Assembly: GCA_050018395.1 (NCBI GenBank)
Contig: JBEKAC010000005.1
Span: forward strand, 4,794-68,793
Length of the DNA stretch: 64,000 nt
DNA from: Dehalococcoidales bacterium
Lineage (GTDB): Bacteria > Chloroflexota > Dehalococcoidia > Dehalococcoidales > RBG-16-60-22
Direction: 5' to 3'
Under the pieces are notes generated by a model. That model was not told the origin of the DNA. It did not search any database and saw nothing but the letters and a program-made list of their open reading frames with translations. Positions 7,579-15,901 of this stretch are shown one piece after another; position 1 is the first letter of the stretch, and each line of letters opens with the position of its first letter. The position numbers were made by a program, and so were the translations under genes.

Positions 7579-9486
7579 CTAAAGCTCAGCAGCCGTGTCT
7601 GGTAATTTTGTTTCAGCCGCCTTCGTTTTGGCTTTCACCGGAATGGGCTTATCCGGCACATCCGGCTTCTCTCCGGAGACTTTCACGATGGCGCTGAATT
7701 TCTCCGGGCAAATCTCTAGGCAGTTGCCGCACTTGACGCATTTTTCCTGGTCGATAATATGGACCATCCGCTTGCCGCCCACGACGGCCCCGGCGGGGCA
7801 TTCGCGGGCGCAGATGCCGCAGCCCTCGCACTTGTCCGGCAGGATATAGTAGTGGATCAACTTGGGGCAGACGCCGGCGGGGCACCTTTTTTCCTCGATG
7901 TGCGCCTTGTATTCGTCCATGAAATAGCGGAGGGTGGTCAGGACGGGGTTAGGCGCCGTTTGCCCCAGGGCGCAGAGCGAACCGGCTTTGATCTCTTCCC
8001 CCAGCCTTTGCAAAAGGGCGATGTCTTCTTTAACGCCTTCGCCGCCGCAGATCCTTTCCAGGATGTCCAGCATCTGTTTGGTACCGATGCGGCAGGGAAC
8101 GCATTTGCCGCAGGACTCCGCCTGGGTGAAGGAGAGGAAATAGCGGGCGACGTCTACCATGCAGGTCTCTTCGTCCATGACGACCATTCCGCCCGAGCCC
8201 ATCATCGAGCCGGCGGCCGTGAGCGATTCGTAATCCACGGACTGGTCGAGGTAGGCTTCCGGCAAACAGCCGCCGGACGGCCCGCCGGTCTGGACGGCTT
8301 TGAATTTCTTGCCGCCGGGGATGCCCCCGCCGATTTCGTAGATAATCTCGCGTAGCTTTATGCCCATCGGCACTTCAATCAGGCCGCTGTTGGCGATTTT
8401 CCCCGTGAGCGCGAAGACGCAGGTGCCCTTGCTTTTATCGGTGCCGATACCGGCGTACCAGTCCGCCCCCCGGGCGATGATGACCGGCACGTAGGCCAGC
8501 GACTTTACATTGTTAATAGTTGTGGGCTTGCCCCACAGGCCGGAGACGGCGGGGTAGGGAGGGCGGGTGCGTGGCATGCCGCGTTTGCCCTCGATGGAGG
8601 CCATCAGCGCGGTCTCCTCACCGCAGACGAAAGCGCCGGCGCCTTCCTTGACGTGGATAGCGAAGCTGAAATTAGAGCCCAAAATATTCTGGCCGAGGTA
8701 CCCCTCTTTTTCCGCCTGCTGGATGGCCAGGCGGACGCGTTTAACCGCCAGCGGGTACTCGGCGCGGATGTAGACATAGCCTTCGGACGCGCCGATAGCG
8801 TAAGCCGCGATGGTCAGGCCCTCGATGACGGAATATGGGTCGCCCTCCATGATGCTGCGGTCCATAAAAGCGCCGGGATCGCCCTCGTCGGCATTGCAGA
8901 TCATGTATTTCTGGTCGCCCGGGACGTTGCGGCACAGCTCCCACTTGGTGCCGGTGGAAAACCCGGCCCCGCCCCGCCCGCGCAGCCCGGAACGCTTTAT
9001 TTCCGCGATGACCTGCTCCGGCGTCAGGCCTTGCAGGATTTTTTTCAGGGAGGCATAGCCGCCCGCGGCGGTGTAGTCCTCGAGTTTTTCCGGGTTAATG
9101 ACGCCGCAGTTGCGCAGGATGATGCGCTGCTGTTTGCTGTAAAACTTGATGTCCTTGTGGTTGGGGATAGCCTCGCCGGTAACCGGGTCTTTGTAAAAGA
9201 GGCGGGTGACGGGCTTACCGTCGCGGAGGTGGGAAGTAACGATTTCCGGCACATCCTCCACCGTGACGTGGGCATAGAAAATGCCTTCCGGCTCGACGAC
9301 GACCACCGGGCCCTGCTCGCAGAAACCGTGACAGCCGGTAAAATCAACCTTAACGCCGGCCAGGCCCTGCCTGGCGATGGCTTTAGATAGCGCCTCCGTA
9401 ATTTGCTGTGATTTGCCGGAGACGCAGCCAGTGCCCTGGCACACGTAGATGGTACGCCCGGCGCTAGCCGGTTTTTCCGCCGTCAC
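7579..9486 (-). CDS. NuoF-like NADH-binding FMN/Fe-S flavoprotein (HydB/HymB/FdhB-type), with N-terminal 2Fe-2S thioredoxin-like and C-terminal 2x[4Fe-4S] domains
   Basis: 635 aa; GRGGAGFSTGTKW, ESCGKCVPCRIG and C-terminal CEGCGICARECP / CVKCGNCLEICP ferredoxin motifs. Confidence 0.85.
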   Translation of the reverse strand: MTAEKPASAGRTIYVCQGTGCVSGKSQQITEALSKAIARQGLAGVKVDFTGCHGFCEQGPVVVVEPEGIFYAHVTVEDVPEIVTSHLRDGKPVTRLFYKDPVTGEAIPNHKDIKFYSKQQRIILRNCGVINPEKLEDYTAAGGYASLKKILQGLTPEQVIAEIKRSGLRGRGGAGFSTGTKWELCRNVPGDQKYMICNADEGDPGAFMDRSIMEGDPYSVIEGLTIAAYAIGASEGYVYIRAEYPLAVKRVRLAIQQAEKEGYLGQNILGSNFSFAIHVKEGAGAFVCGEETALMASIEGKRGMPRTRPPYPAVSGLWGKPTTINNVKSLAYVPVIIARGADWYAGIGTDKSKGTCVFALTGKIANSGLIEVPMGIKLREIIYEIGGGIPGGKKFKAVQTGGPSGGCLPEAYLDQSVDYESLTAAGSMMGSGGMVVMDEETCMVDVARYFLSFTQAESCGKCVPCRIGTKQMLDILERICGGEGVKEDIALLQRLGEEIKAGSLCALGQTAPNPVLTTLRYFMDEYKAHIEEKRCPAGVCPKLIHYYILPDKCEGCGICARECPAGAVVGGKRMVHIIDQEKCVKCGNCLEICPEKFSAIVKVSGEKPDVPDKPIPVKAKTKAAETKLPDTAAEL

Positions 9487-9961
9487 CCAGGACCTCCGTG
9501 ATTCTTTTAGGAGTCATTTTGCCGTAAGTCTCGCCGTCCACCGTCATGGTGGGCGCTAAAGCGCACGCGCCGATACAGGCCACCGTTTCCAGGGTATATT
9601 CCATATCGTCCGTGGTGCCCCCGGCCTTAACGCCGAGAGTCTTTTCTATTTCACCCAGGACTTTGCCCGCGCCGCGTACGTGACAGGCGGTGCCGCGGCA
9701 GACGCGTATGACCTTTTTACCTAGCGGCGTTAGTTTGAACTGGGCATAAAACGTGCTGACGCCGTAGACGGCGCTTTCCGTTAGATTTAAGAACCGGGCG
9801 ATTTCCCGGATGGCTGCGGCCGGCAGATAATGGAAGTGCTGCTGCGTTTCCTGCAGGATGGGGATGAGTTCATGCCGTTCCCCGGCGTGGTGGGAGAGGA
9901 TTCCCTTTAGTTTTTCGGCAACTTCGCTATCGGTCAAGTTATCCGTTACCAGTGGTGTCAC
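9464..9961 (-). CDS. NuoE-like [2Fe-2S] subunit (HydC/HymA-type)
   Basis: 165 aa; VCRGTACHVRGA ... VACIGACALAPTM motif; overlaps the nuoF-like start by 23 nt. Confidence 0.85.
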   Translation of the reverse strand: MTPLVTDNLTDSEVAEKLKGILSHHAGERHELIPILQETQQHFHYLPAAAIREIARFLNLTESAVYGVSTFYAQFKLTPLGKKVIRVCRGTACHVRGAGKVLGEIEKTLGVKAGGTTDDMEYTLETVACIGACALAPTMTVDGETYGKMTPKRITEVLGDGGKTG

Positions 9962-10616
9962 CTCCGGTCTTTGAAAGCCTGACGAGTTTCCAGGCGATTA
10001 CTTCACATAATATTATGATGTCTTCGGCGGGCAGGTAGTCCGGGAGCGAGCTATCGAACATGATGTTGCCGCCCGGCGGCGTCTCCTGATCGCCCCGCCA
10101 GAGCACTACGGTCAACGGCACAAAGGGGAAAGCATCGATGGTGACAGCAATATCGCCGTAGTCCGACCGGTGCCCGCCCAGCGTGGCCGCCGCTTCCAGT
10201 AATTTCTGGGGCTCTTCTTTAAAGGCGTTCACGATGGGGTCGATGGCCCTTTTAACGAAGGCGGGATAATTAGCCGTGCCTTCCTGAAGCTCGTTATACG
10301 CCACGATCTTGCCGGAGAGGGGTTTGCCGGAGGCATGGTTAAAATAGTGCAGTATCAGGATCTTATCGCGCAGCGGCACGGACTCGTCGTTGTTAATCGA
10401 GGCCACCTCGCAGCCCGGCAGGTTTATCCGGTAAAACCGGTTCAAATGGTCGATGACGACGGACTTTTCCGCCGGCAGATAGCGGGCGCCGCTTTTGCGG
10501 CACTGGAGCTCGATATCATTAAAGCCGGCCGTCCGCTCACAGGCGAGCTTGTAAGCCAGCTCGTGGGCATATTCGCTCACGGGTCTGGCGGCTAAAGGGG
10601 GGTTCTTTTTCATCAT
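9939..10616 (-). CDS. DUF3786-like protein (family commonly found next to CFeSP/ACS genes)
   Basis: About 225 aa. N-terminal pattern (...CRKSGARYLPAEKSVVIDHLNRFYRINL...) matches my memory of DUF3786. Start is ambiguous (TTG 10628 or ATG 10616/10613). Confidence 0.5.
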   Translation of the reverse strand: MMKKNPPLAARPVSEYAHELAYKLACERTAGFNDIELQCRKSGARYLPAEKSVVIDHLNRFYRINLPGCEVASINNDESVPLRDKILILHYFNHASGKPLSGKIVAYNELQEGTANYPAFVKRAIDPIVNAFKEEPQKLLEAAATLGGHRSDYGDIAVTIDAFPFVPLTVVLWRGDQETPPGGNIMFDSSLPDYLPAEDIIILCEVIAWKLVRLSKTGGDTTGNG

Positions 10617-10686
10617 TTTCCGTAACAAGTTTTATGCATGTATCTTATCATATTATAACTTATTATCGCTACAACGGTTTTTTGGC

Positions 10687-11565
10687 TCATACTTCCAGCC
10701 AGGAATGCGAATAAAGCGATTCTCCAGCCAGCACTCTGACCGTCCGGGCGTAATTCTGCATTTCTTCAGGTAGGGACACGATATCCGGTTTATCACCATC
10801 CATCATTTTATAAACGAGCTCAATGATGTCCGGCCGCCGTCCGCGAGCGATGGCCATCAGGTCCTGGTCAAAAGCATCGACGATAGCGGAATAAAGCCCG
10901 TAGCGCATAAGCATCACCAGGTAGGTGCGGTTGAGCCAGCCGCGAAGCTCCGCGGGGGCGCCGTTGGAGACATTGGAAAGCCCCACTGTGGACTTGCAGC
11001 CCGGCGCGATTTCCGCCAGCATCGCCAGGAATTCCAGGCAGGCCTTGACCTGGTTGATTTCCACGGAGACCGGGCTGGCGATGGGGTCGATCCAGATCCT
11101 TTCATTTGATATGCCGGCCTGGTTGGCCTGGTAAACGAAGTTGACGGTATGCATTGCCCTTTCGTTGGCGTCGCGCGGCATGCCGTCGTTGCTCCAGAGC
11201 AGGCCGATAAGATCGGCGTTATATTGTTGCGCCAACGCCAGCCCCCGGTCGATACGGCTGGTCTGGAGCGAGACCGAGTTGATTAGTACCTTGTTCCGGC
11301 TAGCTTTCAAGCCAGCTTCCATGGCATCGAGGTTGGCGGTATCCAGGGAAAGCGTTTTATCCGTCACGGTCTGGACGATGTTAACAACCCACGTCATCAG
11401 CTCGTCGCCGCCCTTACGCCCCGGACCGATAGCCAGGTCGATAGCGTCCATGCCAGTATTGGCTTCCGCGATGGCCATTGCCTGGAGCGGCGCGGCATTC
11501 CTTGCTTGAAACGCCGGCCCCAGCACCGGCGAGATAATATTCAGGTTCTCCCCGATGAGAATCAT
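10687..11565 (-). CDS. acsE: methyltetrahydrofolate:corrinoid/iron-sulfur protein methyltransferase (pterin-binding)
   Basis: 292 aa; MILIGENLN..., LDTANLDAMEAGLK, VGLSNVS and INRTYL-type motifs align with Moorella MeTr as I recall it. Confidence 0.85.
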   Translation of the reverse strand: MILIGENLNIISPVLGPAFQARNAAPLQAMAIAEANTGMDAIDLAIGPGRKGGDELMTWVVNIVQTVTDKTLSLDTANLDAMEAGLKASRNKVLINSVSLQTSRIDRGLALAQQYNADLIGLLWSNDGMPRDANERAMHTVNFVYQANQAGISNERIWIDPIASPVSVEINQVKACLEFLAMLAEIAPGCKSTVGLSNVSNGAPAELRGWLNRTYLVMLMRYGLYSAIVDAFDQDLMAIARGRRPDIIELVYKMMDGDKPDIVSLPEEMQNYARTVRVLAGESLYSHSWLEV

Positions 11566-11574
11566 ACCTGCTCC

Positions 11575-12918
11575 TTAAGGTTTCCAGGTCTTGAGATAAG
11601 CCGGAAGGTCGGCGGCGTCCCGCGGCCCCACCATGATTTTCCAGCCGGGCATTTCTTCAGCCAGACCGTCCCTTTCAGCGGCGACGTAGCCCGGAATAAT
11701 GAGCGTGCGGTGCCTGATTTTATCCGTGATGCCGCTTTTCAGGATGGCCGGGCCGATGATATCGGCGGAGAACTTGCCGGCCGCCCAGGAGGTCATCACG
11801 GAAAGCCCCTCGGTATCTTTTACGTAAAGCCAGCCGGGCACCTTGCTGTTCTCGATTTCACCGGAGACGATGAAGTAGGTGAGGGAGAAATTGGAAGTCA
11901 CCATCAGCGGCGAGTTCTCGCCGGGGCTATTGATTTCATAGATGCCCTGTTTGGTGGCCAGCGGGCGCTGCGGGTCGGTATAGAGGTTGAGGCGCGCCAC
12001 CAGCAGGGGGAAAAGGCTTTCGCCGTGAAAATCGGAGAGGACGATGATACCCGCGTACTTGGCGACGAACATGACGGCGATGGTTGCCTCCAGCATCGGG
12101 TCGGTTGTCATCTCGGCGGGGAAAACGATGGTGGGGTAGCCGAGGGGGCGGTATTTCTTGAGCGCGGCGCTGCGGATGATAACCTGGTCTTCCAGCGCCT
12201 GCCGCACGCTCCTCGAGCCCGGGTCCAGCACGATGTTTTTAACGCCGGCGGCGTTCAGTTTGGCGGTCAGAACGGCCAGATCTTCCAGGCCCGCGGCTTT
12301 AGCCACCAAAGGGCAGCCGGTCTCTTTAGCCAGAGCGGCCAAGGCATCCGCGTTATCTTTAGTGGCGGCGTAAAGCAGGGGCTTGCGTTCGGCGCAGGCT
12401 TTGGCGCCCGCCGCCAGGACGTCCACCGTATCGCTCATCAGGATGATGCCGGCGGCGCTCGCGGACTTAACTTTATTCACCAATGCGGCGAATTTAACGG
12501 CGTCGCCTGTCTCGGACTTAAGCGCGACCAGGTCAGCATGCAACATGAGGCCGACGCGTTCGTAAACTAGTGTTTTTAGCTTGTTCAGCCGGGCGTCCAC
12601 CTCGGCGCCGGACATTTTATCCGTGATAAGTATCGCAATTCCAGGTGGGTTCTCGAACCTTTTTTCGTGTCGGAACATCACCGTTTCTCCGCCGATTTTC
12701 AGGGCGGTATCGCCGGTGCCGATGGTGACGGGCAAAATGGGCGGGGCAGCCGCTTCCATCAGTTTTGCTTTAGCTTCCTCCGAGATATGGGGGCACTTAT
12801 TGATATCGGCTTTGCCGGCGGCCAGGCTCATGGCGAAAGCGAGGCAGGTAGGCACGCCGCAATCGCCGCAGTTGGTCTTGGGCAGCAGCTTAAATATCTC
12901 GATGCCGGTCAGCGCCAT
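11575..12918 (-). CDS. acsC: corrinoid iron-sulfur protein large subunit
   Basis: 447 aa; N-terminal LPKTNCGDCGVPTCLAFAMSLA [4Fe-4S] motif. Confidence 0.9.
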   Translation of the reverse strand: MALTGIEIFKLLPKTNCGDCGVPTCLAFAMSLAAGKADINKCPHISEEAKAKLMEAAAPPILPVTIGTGDTALKIGGETVMFRHEKRFENPPGIAILITDKMSGAEVDARLNKLKTLVYERVGLMLHADLVALKSETGDAVKFAALVNKVKSASAAGIILMSDTVDVLAAGAKACAERKPLLYAATKDNADALAALAKETGCPLVAKAAGLEDLAVLTAKLNAAGVKNIVLDPGSRSVRQALEDQVIIRSAALKKYRPLGYPTIVFPAEMTTDPMLEATIAVMFVAKYAGIIVLSDFHGESLFPLLVARLNLYTDPQRPLATKQGIYEINSPGENSPLMVTSNFSLTYFIVSGEIENSKVPGWLYVKDTEGLSVMTSWAAGKFSADIIGPAILKSGITDKIRHRTLIIPGYVAAERDGLAEEMPGWKIMVGPRDAADLPAYLKTWKP

Positions 12919-12944
12919 TTATTACTCCTGTAACAATGTTGTTT

Positions 12945-12971
12945 TGTCATCCTGAGCGCAGCGAAGGATCT
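12945..12971. repeat. dispersed hairpin repeat, family B (inverted orientation)
   Basis: gtcatcctgagcgcagcgaaggatctc; lies between acsC and the acsB-like gene. Confidence 0.4.
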
Positions 12972-13022
12972 CGGTGTGGGGGAAGGGGTTAATACCTCTC
13001 CCCGGGATTCTTCAGTCGCTAT

Positions 13023-13047
13023 GGTTCGACAGGCTCACCGTGAACGC
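13023..13047. repeat. dispersed hairpin repeat, family B (diverged)
   Basis: ggttcgacaggctcaccgtgaacgc shares the ttcgacaggctca core. Confidence 0.4.
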
Positions 13048-13079
13048 TCCTTCAGAATGACAATAAATATTTTACCTTC

Positions 13080-13823
13080 TTATTCCAGTATCGGCTTCAT
13101 GGTCAAAGCGGGATGCCCTTTTTCCCGGAGAAAGGGGAGGACCGTCTCTTCAGTGATGCCTGCTGTTTCATCGGCGATTTTAGCCGGCAGGTCGGGCACG
13201 CCGAGTGCTCTAGCACACGCTGTAATGCGCTCCCCGATTTCCTCCTTGAGCTTCCGGGGCATCCAGACCAGGCGCAGGAGGCCGCCCTCGGCTTTGAGGA
13301 AATTTTCCTGCGTGATGGCACTCACGGCGTGGCCGATGAAACCCGGCGTCTGTTCCCCGCCGCGCACTATTTCCAGTAATTTTCCATAGGTGAAGCCGCC
13401 CGGTGTTTCCCCTTTATACCCCCGGTTAACCGTCATTACCCCGTTGCAGCCGGGTAGGACGGCGGTTACCGCCTCGCTAAGGATACAGGCCGTCGGCGGT
13501 GCGTGCATCAGGCTGTACAGGTTCACCTGTTTAATTCGGCCGTAAGAAATTTTTCGGAAATACTCGTTAACGTCCCGCCATTGTCCCCGCCCCGCATCCA
13601 GCGGTTCGCCTTTGGTAATCGGTGAAAAAGGCCCGTAAGGCTCTCTTTCGCTGACGGCTCTGGCCGTGTGCCAGTTATAGTTGCCGCAGATTCCCGTCTG
13701 CTCGGGCGTGATAATACAGGCATGGCAAGGCGCCAGGGACTGGCATATCGCGCAGGCGTAAAAGGTGTCTGTGCCGGCGTCGGTCAGGGCCGAGGATCGT
13801 TTTTGTTCTACTATCTTGTTCAT
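13080..13823 (-). CDS. stand-alone acetyl-CoA synthase (AcsB/CdhC) C-terminal A-cluster domain, with a degenerate Ni-binding motif
   Basis: 247 aa; CAIC-x8-C-x9-C reproduces the AcsB [4Fe-4S] ligand spacing; GNYNW, QWRDVNEY, NLYSLM, LPGCNG and VWMPRKLKEE match the AcsB C-terminus; CIL replaces the CGC motif. Confidence 0.75.
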   Translation of the reverse strand: MNKIVEQKRSSALTDAGTDTFYACAICQSLAPCHACIITPEQTGICGNYNWHTARAVSEREPYGPFSPITKGEPLDAGRGQWRDVNEYFRKISYGRIKQVNLYSLMHAPPTACILSEAVTAVLPGCNGVMTVNRGYKGETPGGFTYGKLLEIVRGGEQTPGFIGHAVSAITQENFLKAEGGLLRLVWMPRKLKEEIGERITACARALGVPDLPAKIADETAGITEETVLPFLREKGHPALTMKPILE

Positions 13824-13825
13824 TT

Positions 13826-14770
13826 TTATATCGTGAGACCCGCGAGCATCTCTTTGACCAGCTTGACGGCCGCCGGGTGCCGCATGATTAAGACGTCGGC
13901 GCCGGCCAGCAGCAGCAGGGTGGCGGTCATCGCCTCCAGCAATATTCCCCGCTTTTTAGCATCACCCATTTTGGGGTCTTCTTTTGCGGTGATTTTAGCT
14001 TCCTTGGTCTTCCAGGTCTCTTTGGCCAGGTTGCAGATGATGGGCACCTGGAGCTTGGCATCGCCCTGCGTCAGCGCCGCCATGCGCGTCCTTTCCATGA
14101 CGGAGTAGCAGTACTCGATGCCGTAGCCGATGCCGCTGACGGACGTGTCCATGAGCAGCATATTGTCCGGGACGCCGAGGTTACCCAGTAAAATATTGAG
14201 TTGCTTGGCCAGGTTGATATCTATCGGCGTTGAGGCCACGACGATGTGGTTGTTGGCGATGGCCGCCGCCCCGATTTGCTTGTGGTTGGCTTCCACCACC
14301 GGGCCCAGGATAAGGCTCCTGCCCCGGCAGATTTCCGCCGCCGCTTTAAGGACTTCCGTGTCTTTTTCGAGGCTGGCGGTGCCCCAGACTATCAGCGGTA
14401 CGTCGATGGCGTCCGCTACACTTTTAACGATTTTAGCGGCTTCTGCTGCCGGTCGGTTTTTACCATTGGGGTCGGTGCTGGCCAATTGCAGGCAGATCAT
14501 CTCTGCCTGGTAGTCTTTCACGCATTTCCGCGCCCAGGCCACCGGGTCGCCGGTGACGCCGGCAAAGGGCTCGAGGGCGGCCGGCGGCCAGTCTTCCGGG
14601 GGAGAATCATAGACTTCCATGGCGATGCGCGGCAAGCGGGGCATCTTTCCCTCGAAGAGGTAGAACGGGAAGGCCGTCTCTCCCCCCACGGTGACTGCCT
14701 TTTCCCCCCGCCCCAGGGTCACCTCCCTGATTTTGCCGCTGTAAGCCGTCTTCGGCACCTCGAACGCCAT
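13826..14770 (-). CDS. acsD: corrinoid iron-sulfur protein small subunit
   Basis: 314 aa; MAFEVPKTAYSGKIREVTLG...GGETAFPFYLFEG is typical of AcsD; stop is 2 nt from the next start. Confidence 0.9.
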   Translation of the reverse strand: MAFEVPKTAYSGKIREVTLGRGEKAVTVGGETAFPFYLFEGKMPRLPRIAMEVYDSPPEDWPPAALEPFAGVTGDPVAWARKCVKDYQAEMICLQLASTDPNGKNRPAAEAAKIVKSVADAIDVPLIVWGTASLEKDTEVLKAAAEICRGRSLILGPVVEANHKQIGAAAIANNHIVVASTPIDINLAKQLNILLGNLGVPDNMLLMDTSVSGIGYGIEYCYSVMERTRMAALTQGDAKLQVPIICNLAKETWKTKEAKITAKEDPKMGDAKKRGILLEAMTATLLLLAGADVLIMRHPAAVKLVKEMLAGLTI

Positions 14771-14780
14771 CAGACTCCTT

Positions 14781-14830
14781 AAAAAGACAAATACAAAGGG
14801 GGCCGGGAGAACTATATCCCCCGACCCCCT
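14781..14830 (-). terminator. hairpin plus T-run between folD and acsD (terminator or attenuator)
   Basis: Minus strand reads gggggtcggggga...tcccggccccc followed by tttgtatttgtcttttt. Confidence 0.4.
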
Positions 14831-14864
14831 TATTATAGCGTATATTTGAGGTAATTTCAGGTAT

Positions 14865-15752
14865 CTATTTTAGGCCGGCGGCCATTTTGGCGGCTTTGAC
14901 GGTATTCATCATCAGCATGGTGATGGTCATGGGGCCGACGCCGCCCGGAACGGGGGTGATGGCTTTGGCTTTTTCCTTCACGCCCTCGAAATCGACGTCG
15001 CCGACGAGGATACGCTTGCCTTCGGCGGTCTTGCCTACTTCGTTCACGCCCACGTCGATGATGACGACGCCGGGTTTCACCATATCGCCGGTCACGGTCT
15101 TGGGTTTGCCGGCGGCGGCGATGATGATATCGGCGTGCCTGGTGTAAAATGCCAGGTCTTTGGTCCTGGTGTGGCACAGAGTTACCGTGGCGTTGGCGCC
15201 GGGGGCTTTCTGGAGCAGGATATTGGTGATGGGTTTACCCACCAGGTTGCTGCGGCCGATGACGACCACGTCAGCACCCTCTATCTGCGTGCCGGAGCGG
15301 ATGAGCAGCTGCTGGATGCCTTTAGGTGTGCAGGGCACGAAGTCCGCCTCGCCGATCATCAGCTTGCCCTGGTTGACCGGGTGCAGGCCGTCCACGTCTT
15401 TGTTAGGGTTAATATGGTAGACTACGTCTTCCTCGTTAAGGTGCTTGGGGAGAGGCAGTTGGCAGAGAATACCGTGAATCTTAGGGTTCTTGTTCAGCTT
15501 TTCTACCAGGGCTACCACTTCCGCCTGGGTTGAAGTGGCCGGTATATCATGCCGTTCCGAGTACATCCCCAGCTCTTTACAGGTCTTTTCCTTTTGCCCG
15601 ACGTACACCTGCGATGCCGGGTCCGCGCCGACGAGCATGGTGGCCAGGCCGGGCACGATGTTGTGCTTGGCTTTAAGGTCGGCGATTTCTTTCTTTAGTT
15701 CCTCGCGGATTTGGGCGGCGACTTCCGCGCCTTTAATTAATGTTGCGGTCAT
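14865..15752 (-). CDS. folD: bifunctional methylene-THF dehydrogenase / methenyl-THF cyclohydrolase
   Basis: 295 aa; LVGADPASQVYV, LPLPKHL, CTPKG, GRSNLVGKP and PVPGGVGPMT motifs. Confidence 0.92.
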   Translation of the reverse strand: MTATLIKGAEVAAQIREELKKEIADLKAKHNIVPGLATMLVGADPASQVYVGQKEKTCKELGMYSERHDIPATSTQAEVVALVEKLNKNPKIHGILCQLPLPKHLNEEDVVYHINPNKDVDGLHPVNQGKLMIGEADFVPCTPKGIQQLLIRSGTQIEGADVVVIGRSNLVGKPITNILLQKAPGANATVTLCHTRTKDLAFYTRHADIIIAAAGKPKTVTGDMVKPGVVIIDVGVNEVGKTAEGKRILVGDVDFEGVKEKAKAITPVPGGVGPMTITMLMMNTVKAAKMAAGLK

Positions 15753-15819
15753 TTTATTTAACCCCCTTTAAGAGATTTACTCCTATGTTGAGAGTAGCTT
15801 GACCTCACCCCCTTAATTT

Positions 15820-15892
15820 CCCCCTCTCCGCTAGCAGAGAGGGGGCGGGATGGGGAGTTTCCTCTCTATTGCCTCTCCCATCGAGGGAGAGG
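15820..15892. repeat. two GC-rich CTCCC/GGGAG hairpins between fhs and folD
   Basis: ccccctctccgctagcagagaggggg (15820-15845) and cctctcccatcgagggagagg (15872-15892). Confidence 0.45.
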
Positions 15893-15901
15893 TATATATT
15901 A

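Noticed and set aside
8653-9390. 245-aa plus-strand ORF
   Set aside because: It is antisense to the nuoF-like gene. Shadow ORF.
11506-12570. 354-aa plus-strand ORF
   Set aside because: It is antisense to acsE and acsC. The low-complexity Gly/Arg/Asp-rich translation marks it as a shadow ORF.
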